Origin: Clostridia bacterium
GTDB taxonomy: Bacteria > Bacillota > Clostridia > Christensenellales > CAG-314
Length of the DNA stretch: 64,000 nt
NCBI GenBank assembly: GCA_028703495.1
Contig: JAQVMT010000002.1
Location: 3,832 to 67,831, forward strand
Reading direction: 5' to 3'
Position numbers and translations under genes: made by a program. Positions 9,820-19,318 of this stretch are shown here, piece by piece. The notes below the pieces were generated by a model, which saw only the letters and a program-made list of their open reading frames with translations, was not told the DNA's origin and did no database searches. How positions within the stretch are numbered: the first letter of the stretch is position 1; every line of letters starts with the position of its first letter.

Positions 9820-10074
9820 TCAGTTGGGTTGGCGATAGTTCATATTCCATTCCAAACGGCACTCGTCGCACATTTCTTGTCCGTTAAGCTTCCGAATACC
9901 GCAGAAAGGGCAGTACTCGTCATTGTCCTCGTCAACAACGCCTTTCACCTCGGATTCGCAAACCATACAAAGTTTTTCGTTTGGCAAAATGTAATTCAAA
10001 TTGCATCGCGGGCATTTCACATATGCAGTCGCTCGTTGTTTGTAATGTGTTTGGCTTATAGTTCGATTTTGCAT
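9820..10074 (-). CDS. Small cysteine-rich protein with four CxxC pairs (double zinc ribbon), function unknown
   Basis: 84 aa counting from the ATG preceded by AAGGAG. Contains CPRC, CMVC, CPFC and CDEC. Confidence 0.55.
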   Translation of the reverse strand: MQNRTISQTHYKQRATAYVKCPRCNLNYILPNEKLCMVCESEVKGVVDEDNDEYCPFCGIRKLNGQEMCDECRLEWNMNYRQPN

Positions 10075-10397
10075 GATATCTCCTTTGCCCATGGCTTTAC
10101 GCTTATATGCGTGTGTAATCAGACAAGTATGGCTTTAGTTGACCAGCCAAGCTACGCCATCTCTGCAAATATGTCAGATACGCTTTATCCTATGTTGCAA
10201 AAACGGCATATGTTACCGCTATCGAAGAGCATAGATTCAATATTGTAGAAGTCGGATTTAGATTGCATTTTGTCGTAATGGCGTATCTTAAGTACAGCAT
10301 ACAATGTTGCGGTAATGAAAAAACAGCAGAGTGGGTAGATTTATGGGACTAATTGGTGCAAAAAAATACTCATATTTTACCTTTTTTTGTTTTTTGA

Positions 10398-10426
10398 TTT
10401 ACAATACCGTGAATGTTTGGTATAAT
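10398..10426 (+). promoter_or_regulatory. Putative polA promoter
   Basis: TTTACA, 17 nt, TATAAT, located about 125 nt upstream of polA. Confidence 0.5.
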
Positions 10427-10550
10427 AAGAATGGAAAGTATCGTTTATTGTTATGTGTTACAGATTGCGTTGCGATCGAATTATCGAACGATATAAAAGA
10501 CGTTTGATGCGGGAAGTGAGCTCACGACCTGAATATGTGGAAAATTGTAT

Positions 10551-13091
10551 ATGGATAAATTGGTTTTGATTGACGGGAACAGCATTCTCAACAGAGCGTA
10601 TTATGCGCTTCCTTCGCTTAACGACAGCACGGGAGAAAACGTAAATGCCGTGTATGGGTTTATGAATATTTTGTTGAAGATAATTGCAGATCTTGCCCCT
10701 TCGCATTTAGCGGTGGCGTTCGACATGAAGGGAAAGACCTTTCGGCACGCTATATACGGTGAGTATAAGGCTAACAGAAAGGGAATGCCCGAGGAGTTGG
10801 CTATGCAACTGCCAAAGATTCACAGGCTTTTGCGAGCTTTGGACATCGAGATTGTGGAAAAGGAAGGGATTGAAGCCGATGACATTATCGGCACGCTTTC
10901 ACGCCGTTTCGATTGTCAAAAGTACATTGTTTCGGGCGACAGGGATTTGTTGCAGCTCGTGGACGATAAAAACACGGTTTGGTTGACAAAGAGGGGTGTA
11001 ACGGATGTTGAGGTCAATGAACCGACGACCATTGCCGCAAATCACGGCTTGACTGCAGCGCAGGTTGTGGATTATAAGGCGTTGTGCGGCGATGCATCGG
11101 ACAATATCCCCGGGGTCGGTGGTATCGGCGATAAGGGAGCAAAGGCACTTGTGGAAAAGTACGGCGATCTCGATAATATTTACGCGCATATCGACGAAAT
11201 AAAGGAAAGCCTGAAAAATAAGCTTATTGCAGATAGAGAGATGGCTTATACCAGCAGAAAACTCGCACAGATTGTATTTGACGCGAACGTTGAGTGCCGC
11301 ATAGAGGATTGTGCGTTAAATATTTCTTTTCCGTCGGAGAGCTTGACCGTATTAAAGGAGTTGGAGTTTTACAGCATAATAAAGAGAATGAGCTTTGCGG
11401 AGAAGCCGCAGGAGAAATCTAAGGTCGATTTGGTTAATCTCGAAAACATCGAAGCGGTGCGCAAGGTGCTCGAGGAGCATAAGGATGCGAAAGAGTTTGC
11501 CATTTTCATTGACGAAGATGAGCACATTATTTGTTTTGCTTTTGACGAGAATACCGAATACGTATTAGCTACGGCCCTTGACTACGGCGGATCGTTTCGA
11601 TTGGATGCTTTGGAAGAAATGAAGCCGATATTTACCGAGGGAGACATCGGAGTCATCGTTTTCGACTGGAAGCAACTGCGAATTAATACCTTCCCGTGGG
11701 AAAAGACCAAATTCAAAAGGATATTACACGACGTTTCCATACTGGACTATTTAACTGACCAGAAGGCAAACGGTAGTGCGGAGGTTTTCTTCCGCGATAA
11801 TACCGAGTATAGGGCGACCTACTTAATTAAGAGATCGAAAGAGCTGTATGAGATAGTGAAGGAAAGAGGTATCGAGGAGCTTTATCGAAACATCGAATTA
11901 CCTCTAATTGACGTTTTATGTTCAATGGAAGAAGAAGGCGTTTTGATTGACTTCAACGTTGTACGTGAGCTGCACGAAAAGTATGACGGCGAAATAAGGG
12001 AGCTTTCCGAAGAGGTTTACAGATATGCAGATAAAGAGTTCAATATTCTAAGCACGAGACAGTTGGCAGAGGTGTTGTTTGACGATTTGGGTCTCAAACA
12101 CGGCAAGAAAACCAAGACGGGTTTCAGTACGGATTCGGATACCCTTGAAAAGATTAAGGACTCTCACCCGATTATTCCATTGATAATCGAGATAAGAAAA
12201 CTGAGCAAGCTTTCGGGAACATATATCAGCGGAATGCTACAAGGAGTGGGAATGGACGACAAACGTCTGATACACACCTCGTTCAATCAAACGCTGACTA
12301 CAACAGGAAGATTAAGCAGTAGCCATCCCAACTTGCAAAATATTCCCGTTCGAGATGACGTAGGACGGGAAATAAGGCGTATGTATATTTCAAAATACGA
12401 CAGCTTTGTAGGAGCCGATTATTCTCAAATCGAGCTTCGGTTGCTCGCGCATTTTTCTCGCGATGAAAGACTTATCGAGGCGTTCAACAACGACGAAGAC
12501 ATACATGCGCGCGTCGCGGGGGAAATATTCGGTGTTCCCATGCAGATGGTGACACCGGCTATGCGTAGAATGGCAAAAGCGGTGAACTTCGGCATAATTT
12601 ACGGAATCAGCGACTACGGACTTTCGGAGAATTTGGGAATCAGCGTCGCCAATGCAAAGAAATACATCGATAAGTATTACGAAAGGTACCCTACCATAAA
12701 AGAGTATTTGGAGAGCAGCGTAAAGCAAGCGCGGGAAAAGGGATATGTATCCACGATTACGGGAAGAAGGCGTTATTTGCCCGATATAAACTCCAAGAAT
12801 TTCCGATTAAGGAGCTTTGCCGAAAGAGCGGCAATGAATATGCCACTGCAGGGTAGTGCGGCGGATATCATCAAAATCGCTATGATAAACGTTTATAACA
12901 AAATGAACGAAAGAAAGCTAAAAAGTAAATTGGTGCTTCAGATTCACGATGAGCTTATCGTAGATGCCGTTCAGGAAGAGATAGACGAGGTGCGCGAGAT
13001 TCTCAAAACCGAAATGGAAGGCGCGTTTGATACGCTCGTTAAACTTAGCGTAAGCGCGGAAGAAGGAGTAAGCCTTTTTGATTTGAAGTAG
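10551..13091 (+). CDS. polA: DNA polymerase I
   Basis: 5'-nuclease N-terminus (LIDGNSILNRAYYA). Pol A motifs DYSQIELR, RRMAKAVNFGIIYG and QIHDELI. ATG at 10551. Confidence 0.95.
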   Translation: MDKLVLIDGNSILNRAYYALPSLNDSTGENVNAVYGFMNILLKIIADLAPSHLAVAFDMKGKTFRHAIYGEYKANRKGMPEELAMQLPKIHRLLRALDIEIVEKEGIEADDIIGTLSRRFDCQKYIVSGDRDLLQLVDDKNTVWLTKRGVTDVEVNEPTTIAANHGLTAAQVVDYKALCGDASDNIPGVGGIGDKGAKALVEKYGDLDNIYAHIDEIKESLKNKLIADREMAYTSRKLAQIVFDANVECRIEDCALNISFPSESLTVLKELEFYSIIKRMSFAEKPQEKSKVDLVNLENIEAVRKVLEEHKDAKEFAIFIDEDEHIICFAFDENTEYVLATALDYGGSFRLDALEEMKPIFTEGDIGVIVFDWKQLRINTFPWEKTKFKRILHDVSILDYLTDQKANGSAEVFFRDNTEYRATYLIKRSKELYEIVKERGIEELYRNIELPLIDVLCSMEEEGVLIDFNVVRELHEKYDGEIRELSEEVYRYADKEFNILSTRQLAEVLFDDLGLKHGKKTKTGFSTDSDTLEKIKDSHPIIPLIIEIRKLSKLSGTYISGMLQGVGMDDKRLIHTSFNQTLTTTGRLSSSHPNLQNIPVRDDVGREIRRMYISKYDSFVGADYSQIELRLLAHFSRDERLIEAFNNDEDIHARVAGEIFGVPMQMVTPAMRRMAKAVNFGIIYGISDYGLSENLGISVANAKKYIDKYYERYPTIKEYLESSVKQAREKGYVSTITGRRRYLPDINSKNFRLRSFAERAAMNMPLQGSAADIIKIAMINVYNKMNERKLKSKLVLQIHDELIVDAVQEEIDEVREILKTEMEGAFDTLVKLSVSAEEGVSLFDLK

Positions 13092-13228
13092 CTTTGTAAG
13101 ACTTAGCAGACTTTGATTTCGGCGCGGAAGGAAATCTAAGGCTGTTTGATTTGAAGTAACTTTGTAAGACTTAGCATTATTTGATTTCGGTGCGGAAGGA
13201 AATCTAAGCTGTTCGATTTGGCGTAAAG
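13074..13228. repeat. 67-68-bp tandem repeat (2.3 copies) that begins inside the last codons of polA and includes its stop codon
   Basis: Units start at 13074, 13142 and 13209. Unit 1 begins CTTTTTGATTTGAAGTAGCTTTGTAAGACTTAGC and unit 2 begins CTGTTTGATTTGAAGTAACTTTGTAAGACTTAGC. Confidence 0.9.
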
Positions 13229-13405
13229 TCCAATCTATATTGCGTAATTAAGTGAAGTAGCTACAAGAAATTCAAATTGTACGCAGACCTTGATTGGATT
13301 GCAGGTTTGGTATGGACGTTTGGTAACAAGCTTAAATTCGGGAGAAAGATACGGTTCGCGCCGTCGGCAAGTATATCGAATTTTACGTTGGAAAAGGAAG
13401 GAAAT

Positions 13406-13984
13406 ATGGCAAAAACCGTTATTGCTATCACCGGGAGAATAGGGAGCGGGAAAAGCACAGTTGCGAATATCATCAAAGGCTTGGGCTTTATTGTTTTCGA
13501 CTGTGATGAAATATCAAAGGAGGTTGCCGAGTCATGCGCGGTGAAAGAAGAAATTGCACAAGCCTTCGGTCGGGAGTTTGTTGAAGACGGAGTCTTAAAC
13601 AGACGAAAGTTACGTGAGTACGTTTTCGTCGAGAAAGAGAGGATTGACACGCTAAACGGCATTTTCCACAAAAGGATAATGAATGAATTACAATCTCATA
13701 TCGAGCGATGCGGCGCGGATGTCGTGTTCGTGGAAATTCAGCTATTGAACGAGATAGACGACAAAAACTTGTTCCGTTATGTTTGGGTGGTCGAGGCGAA
13801 AGAGCAATCGCGATTTGACAGAGTCGTTCAAAGAGACGGAGTTGCAATCGATAACGCGCGCAGTATCGACGGCAGACAAAGCGACGTCAGCGGCAAAACC
13901 GAATGCTTTTCGATTATCAACGACGGAACCTTAGAGGAATTGAGACAAAAGGTGAAGGATTTAATCGATGATTTATCTTTATAA
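13406..13984 (+). CDS. coaE: Dephospho-CoA kinase
   Basis: MAKTVIAITGRIGSGKST P-loop. About 190 aa. Classic polA-coaE synteny. RBS GGAAAAGGAAGG. Confidence 0.85.
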   Translation: MAKTVIAITGRIGSGKSTVANIIKGLGFIVFDCDEISKEVAESCAVKEEIAQAFGREFVEDGVLNRRKLREYVFVEKERIDTLNGIFHKRIMNELQSHIERCGADVVFVEIQLLNEIDDKNLFRYVWVVEAKEQSRFDRVVQRDGVAIDNARSIDGRQSDVSGKTECFSIINDGTLEELRQKVKDLIDDLSL

Positions 13985-14087
13985 TCAATAATACAGTGTA
14001 TTGAGCAGATACAAGCTTCGAATGAGAGAGAAACGGTAAGTACTGCTATCGAAGGAAGTATCCTTATAAATAGAGAGGAAGAGAGAT

Positions 14088-14747
14088 ATGGACATTAAAA
14101 AAATACTGAGTATATGTGATCACACACTACTTGCACAGACTGCGACAGAGGAGGAAATAAAGGCATTGCTCGACGATGGAATCAAATATAGTGTCGCATC
14201 GGTTTGCATTCCGCCACGCTTTGTTAAATTTGCGGCGCAGTATGCAAAATGTCTGCCTATTTGTACGGTAATAGGCTTTCCCAACGGTTACAACACGACC
14301 GAGGTTAAGGCTTACGAAGCTCAAAACGCTGTTGCTAACGGTGCGGACGAGATCGACATGGTTATCGATTTGGGTTGGGTGAAGGAGCATAGGTACGACA
14401 AGGTGCTAAACGAGATAAATGCGGTCAAGGAGGCTTGCGAAGGAAAGCTACTTAAAGTTATTATCGAAACCTGCCTGTTGACCGATGGCGAGAAGGTTGA
14501 GCTTTGCGGAGTTGTAAGTCAAAGCCAAGCCGATTACATCAAGACATCTACCGGGTTTTCCACAAAGGGAGCAACCTTTGATGACATCGCTCTGATGAGG
14601 AAGTACTGCAAGCCCGAGTTGAAGATAAAAGCCGCGGGAGGTATTTCCTCAATCGCGGATGCGGAAAAGTTCATCGAATTGGGTGCGGATAGATTGGGAA
14701 CAAGCAGAATCGTAAAGCTTGTGAAGGCGGGTAATTTATTGGCGTAG
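14088..14747 (+). CDS. deoC: Deoxyribose-phosphate aldolase
   Basis: CDHTLL, VCIPP and the IKTSTGF Schiff-base lysine region. Confidence 0.9.
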   Translation: MDIKKILSICDHTLLAQTATEEEIKALLDDGIKYSVASVCIPPRFVKFAAQYAKCLPICTVIGFPNGYNTTEVKAYEAQNAVANGADEIDMVIDLGWVKEHRYDKVLNEINAVKEACEGKLLKVIIETCLLTDGEKVELCGVVSQSQADYIKTSTGFSTKGATFDDIALMRKYCKPELKIKAAGGISSIADAEKFIELGADRLGTSRIVKLVKAGNLLA

Positions 14748-14912
14748 GCTTTCGCGTGATCTTAACCGACAAAGCTTTAAGCTTGTATAAAGATAAATGG
14801 CGGACACTTTTTCATGCGATTAAAGATGACTGAATGTAAAGCTTGAATGAGTGGATAAATTGAGGGGTGGCGATGCGTTTTTTGTCCATACCCGAACGAA
14901 GGAGTATATATA

Positions 14913-15650
14913 ATGAATAAAGACGAGTTATTGACAAATTCCAAGGTGCCTACGGCGCACAACACCGCGAAATCGGGAGATTTTGCAAAGACCGTGCTTA
15001 TGCCGGGAGATCCGTTGAGGGCTAAGTATATTGCGGATAATTTTCTTAGTGGTGCCGTTTTGGTCAACAATGTAAGAGGTGTAAATGGCTACACCGGGTT
15101 CTACAAGGGAAAAAGGGTATCCGTAATGGCATCGGGAATGGGCATTCCGAGCATATCCATTTACAGCTATGAATTGTTTAATTTTTACGACGTGTCTAGC
15201 ATTATCAGAGTGGGAAGCGCAGGGGCAATCGATGACAGACTGAAAATAATGGACATAGTACTTGCGCAGGGTGCATGTACGGACAGCAATATCGGAAGGA
15301 ATTTTGCTTTACCGGGAGTGTTTGCGCCTATTGCCGATTACGGACTGTTGTCCAAAGCCTATGAAACTGCCGTCAAGGTAGGAGCAAATGTAAAGGTCGG
15401 CAACGTTTTGAGCAGTGACGTATTCTACGACGACAGTGCGAGCACAATGAATTGGCAAAAAATGGGCGTGTTAGCGGTGGAAATGGAAGCCGCCGGCTTA
15501 TATATGAATGCGGCTAGAGCGGGCAAAAAGGCTCTTTGCATCGCGACTATTTCCGATTGTCTGTACTCGGGTGAGGCATGCAACGCCGAAACGAGACAAA
15601 AGGGATTTACGCAAATGATGGAGATCGCGTTGGAGGTAGCAGAAGAATAA
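14913..15650 (+). CDS. deoD: Purine nucleoside phosphorylase, DeoD (hexameric) type
   Basis: VLMPGDPLRAKYIA, GMGIPSISIY and GVLAVEMEAAGLY resemble B. subtilis / E. coli DeoD. Confidence 0.9.
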   Translation: MNKDELLTNSKVPTAHNTAKSGDFAKTVLMPGDPLRAKYIADNFLSGAVLVNNVRGVNGYTGFYKGKRVSVMASGMGIPSISIYSYELFNFYDVSSIIRVGSAGAIDDRLKIMDIVLAQGACTDSNIGRNFALPGVFAPIADYGLLSKAYETAVKVGANVKVGNVLSSDVFYDDSASTMNWQKMGVLAVEMEAAGLYMNAARAGKKALCIATISDCLYSGEACNAETRQKGFTQMMEIALEVAEE

Positions 15651-15651
15651 A

Positions 15652-16818
15652 ATGAAACGGGTATTTTTAATTGTCTTGGACAGCTTCGGTATCGGAGAAA
15701 TGCCCGATGCCGACTTGTTCGGTGATTGCGGAAGCGATACATTGGGCGCCGTTGTAAAAAGCGAGTATTTCAACATGCCGAATATGCGTCGTTTGGGGCT
15801 GTTTAACATCGAGGGAGCGGCTTCTAAAGAGCATGCGGTGGAAGAGCCATTCGGAAGCTTTTGCCGTTTGGGCGAGCTGTCGATGGGAAAGGACACTACT
15901 ATCGGACATTGGGAAATTGCGGGCGTTGTTTCACACAAGCCCTTGCCGACCTTTCCGCAGGGCTTTCCGCAGGAACTGTTGGATGAGTTTTCGCGAAGGA
16001 CGGGCAGGGGAGTTCTCTGCAACAGACCTTATTCGGGAACGCAGGTTATTGCCGATTACGGTTTAGAGCATTTGAAAACGGGTAAGCTTATCGTATACAC
16101 AAGCGCGGACAGCGTATTTCAGGTTGCCGCGCACGAGGAAGCCGTTCCCGTGAAGGAGCTTTACAGATATTGCGAAATTGCGCGGGAACTGCTAAAGGGC
16201 GACCTCGGCGTGGGCAGAGTTATCGCAAGGCCGTTTGTCGGCGAATATCCCGAGTTCACACGAACGTCCAACCGCCACGACTTCAGCTTGGCTCCTCCGT
16301 CGGACACGATGTTGGATAAAATGAGCGCGAACGGGCTTGATGCTATCGGCGTAGGAAAGATTTACGACATCTTCGCGGGCAAAGGCTTGACCGAGTTTGT
16401 CAGGATCAAGAACAACAACGACGGTATGCAAAGGACTTTTGAATACCAAAAAAAGCCTTTCAATGGGTTGTGCTTTGTGAATTTGGTAGACTTCGATATG
16501 CTTTACGGTCACAGAAACGATGTAGACGGCTATGCCAAGGCGTTAACCGAATTCGATTCCGACTTATCCGTGTTTTTGAGGAATATGGAGGAGGACGACG
16601 TTTTGATGATTACAGCCGACCACGGTTGCGATCCGTCTACGCCCAGTACCGACCACTCTCGAGAGTATGTTCCCTTGGTGATCTACGGGAACAGGATTAG
16701 ACAAGGCATTAATTTGCATACAAGAATGGGCTTTTGCGATATTGCCGCGACTGTATTGGATATATTCGGTATGCGTGGAGTCGAGGGCACTAGCTTTTTG
16801 AAGGATATTTTCAAGTAA
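15652..16818 (+). CDS. deoB: Phosphopentomutase
   Basis: MKRVFLIVLDSFGIGEMPDA N-terminus and ITADHGCDP. Confidence 0.9.
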   Translation: MKRVFLIVLDSFGIGEMPDADLFGDCGSDTLGAVVKSEYFNMPNMRRLGLFNIEGAASKEHAVEEPFGSFCRLGELSMGKDTTIGHWEIAGVVSHKPLPTFPQGFPQELLDEFSRRTGRGVLCNRPYSGTQVIADYGLEHLKTGKLIVYTSADSVFQVAAHEEAVPVKELYRYCEIARELLKGDLGVGRVIARPFVGEYPEFTRTSNRHDFSLAPPSDTMLDKMSANGLDAIGVGKIYDIFAGKGLTEFVRIKNNNDGMQRTFEYQKKPFNGLCFVNLVDFDMLYGHRNDVDGYAKALTEFDSDLSVFLRNMEEDDVLMITADHGCDPSTPSTDHSREYVPLVIYGNRIRQGINLHTRMGFCDIAATVLDIFGMRGVEGTSFLKDIFK

Positions 16819-17062
16819 GGCGCACCGCTTAAAAATGATTTGCGGTTATTACATACCAAGGTTATAGCATGAGGATGTCGCGATTGTGATTATTACGACG
16901 GGTAGTGTTGATGAGCAGAATGCTTAAAGAAATGAGTAAACGTTTTGCGGCTAATTTTGACGATGTCGTGATTGTGTGAATGTAAATCGGTTGCATTTAA
17001 GAGCAAGATCGCTTATCGGTTTTAGAATAAGCGTTTGGTAGAAGCTTTTTAGGAGGTTTATT

Positions 17063-17479
17063 GTGGATTACAAAAAGATGATAGAAATGGCAATAAGAGC
17101 GCGCGATAATGCATACGCGCCCTATTCGCATTTCAAGGTGGGTGCGTGCATAGCTACTTCCGACGGCAAGCTGTACACGGGTTGCAATATAGAATGCGCG
17201 ACGTTTTCGCCTACAAACTGTGCAGAAAGGACTGCCTTATTCAAAGCTGTATCCGAAGGCGAAAGGGACTTTTCGGGGATAGCCGTAGTGGGTGCTACAG
17301 AAGGCGAACGGTTGGAATTATGTTCGCCTTGCGGAGTATGCCGACAAATGCTTAGCGAATTCGTTGATGTGCACTCATTTAGAGTGATTATGGCATCTTC
17401 GGTGGATGAATACGAGGTCAAGACGTTGGAGGAGCTTTTGCCGTACACCTTCGGAAGAAAAGACATTATGCGTGAGTAG
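17063..17479 (+). CDS. cdd: Cytidine deaminase
   Basis: CAERTALF and CSPCGVCRQ zinc motifs. GTG start 7 nt after AGGAGG. Confidence 0.9.
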   Translation: MDYKKMIEMAIRARDNAYAPYSHFKVGACIATSDGKLYTGCNIECATFSPTNCAERTALFKAVSEGERDFSGIAVVGATEGERLELCSPCGVCRQMLSEFVDVHSFRVIMASSVDEYEVKTLEELLPYTFGRKDIMRE

Positions 17480-17815
17480 CAACAAATAGGGCGACATAAA
17501 AATATTGAACAGTATTCTTGTAAAGATATTTTGTGCATTTATGCGGACTTTTTCAAGGACTCCGTAACGGAGTACACTGTGCTAAGCTTCTAATGAATAC
17601 CTATTGCGGGAAGTTTATCTTTTATTGGTATAGGAGTGTTCATAGAAAAATGTATTTGCGCGGCTTTTTTATAAGCAGCATGAAAAGGAGTCTGCGGTAT
17701 AACCGAGTTTTATAAAAACATACTACATATTGGTATGAATAAGCGGCGATTGCGAGCGTGATACTCAGTATCGATGTTATTCAAGAAAAAAGATTGTGGA
17801 TTTTGCTTAATATTG

Positions 17816-17844
17816 TTGACATATTTGTCGGATTGTGGCAAAAT
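17816..17844 (+). promoter_or_regulatory. Putative promoter of the BMP/ABC nucleoside importer operon
   Basis: TTGACA, 17 nt, CAAAAT, with TG at -15/-14. Confidence 0.5.
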
Positions 17845-17885
17845 AAGGATTGATGTGGGCTAGACCCGAAATTTAGGAGGAAAGT

Positions 17886-18947
17886 ATGAAAAAACTATTA
17901 TTACTTGTTTTAGTTGCTTGTTTGGCGCTGACAACCTTTGCTTTGGTTGCGTGCGACAACGAACCCGCCGAAGAGATTGACGTTGCGTTGATCACCGACG
18001 TTGGAACTATTGACGACCAGTCTTTCAACCAGGCTGCTTGGGAAGGAGTTAAGGCATACTGCGAAGCTAACAATAAGCTTTACAGATATTATCAACCTAT
18101 TTCCGATTCCGATGAAGAAAGAGTTAAGTCTATCCGTAAGGCTATCGTTGATGGTGCCGACATTGTTGTTTGCCCCGGTTATATGTTTGAAAACGCTATT
18201 AAAGAAGTTATGACAACATATCCCGACGTAAACTTCTTATTCTTGGACGGCTATATGGGTGACACGAATGCCAACGTACACTGCGTTTCTTACAATGAAG
18301 AGCAGGTTGGATTCCTTGCCGGATATGCTGCCGTTATGGACGGTTACACAAGCCTTGGATTCTTAGGCGGAATGGCTGTTCCCGCTGTTGAAAGATTCGG
18401 ATACGGCTACATTCAAGGTATTGACTATGCTGCTAACGTACTTCAAGAGAACGTTTCTATTAAGTACACCTACGGCGGACAATTCTTTGGCGATGCTACA
18501 ATCACTGCTAAGATGGAAGGCTGGTATCAGACCGGTACCGAAATCGTATTTGCTTGCGGTGGTGGAATCTATACATCCGTTATCGAAGCTGCCGCTAAAT
18601 ACACCGATGCTATGGCAATCGGCGTTGACTCTGACCAAGGACATTTGAGCGAGCTGTTCTTAACATCTGCAATGAAGGATCTTAAAAACACCGTTGTTAC
18701 GGTATTAGGACAATTCTACGGCGGAGAATGGGACACAATCGGCGGAACTTCGGTTTACGTTGGTTTGCTTGAAGGCGATTATGTAGGACTTCCTACAACG
18801 GCTGCAAGCTGGAGATTTGCATCATTTACAGTAGAGCAATACAATGCGGTTGTTGCCGAAATCAGAGCGGGTACAATCACTATTTCCAATGATACTACCG
18901 CTTACCCTGTTGTATCTGCTTATACTACGTTGAATGTCGAGGACTAA
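17886..18947 (+). CDS. BMP-family (PnrA/Med-like) ABC transporter substrate-binding lipoprotein, probable nucleoside binder
   Basis: Lipobox FALVAC, ITDVGTIDDQSFNQAAWEG, and its operon context. Confidence 0.85.
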   Translation: MKKLLLLVLVACLALTTFALVACDNEPAEEIDVALITDVGTIDDQSFNQAAWEGVKAYCEANNKLYRYYQPISDSDEERVKSIRKAIVDGADIVVCPGYMFENAIKEVMTTYPDVNFLFLDGYMGDTNANVHCVSYNEEQVGFLAGYAAVMDGYTSLGFLGGMAVPAVERFGYGYIQGIDYAANVLQENVSIKYTYGGQFFGDATITAKMEGWYQTGTEIVFACGGGIYTSVIEAAAKYTDAMAIGVDSDQGHLSELFLTSAMKDLKNTVVTVLGQFYGGEWDTIGGTSVYVGLLEGDYVGLPTTAASWRFASFTVEQYNAVVAEIRAGTITISNDTTAYPVVSAYTTLNVED

Positions 18948-19036
18948 TATTGAATTAAAATCGATTTCGATGATGCTTGTTAATTGCTAAATCGTTATCG
19001 TTATTCATAATCAATATTTGAATTTGATAAGCACAG

Positions 19037-19080
19037 AGGAAGGAAAGGTGGGTTGCTGCTTTTCCTTCCTTTACTATTTT
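19037..19080 (+). terminator. Intra-operon terminator/attenuator after the binding-protein gene
   Basis: Stem AGGAAGGAAAG / CTTTTCCTTCCT, followed by T-rich sequence. Confidence 0.55.
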
Positions 19081-19318
19081 ACACAAAAACGCCGCCGATG
19101 TTTTGCCGATATCGTTTTATTCATTGTCGGTGTCGAAGGCGAATATCCGTTTATTATGTGATTTTACGGTTGAAGTGCAGAATTATTGCAACCCGTTTAG
19201 TTGGGTTTGGATGCGGATAAGTATATAAGAATGCCTATAAAGAAGAGGTGGCGAAATACTCGTTGCTCTTTGGCGATTACAATAAAGTATTAGAATGCCT
19301 GTACGAGAAGAGGTGTGT

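Noticed and set aside
13074-13228. Diversity-generating retroelement (VR/TR pair) explanation for the repeats at gene 3' ends.
   Set aside because: Only about 15-20 nt of coding sequence is included. Mismatches between units are not restricted to adenines. No reverse transcriptase or accessory gene is nearby, and the intron-like remnant at 4.5 kb lacks an RT ORF.
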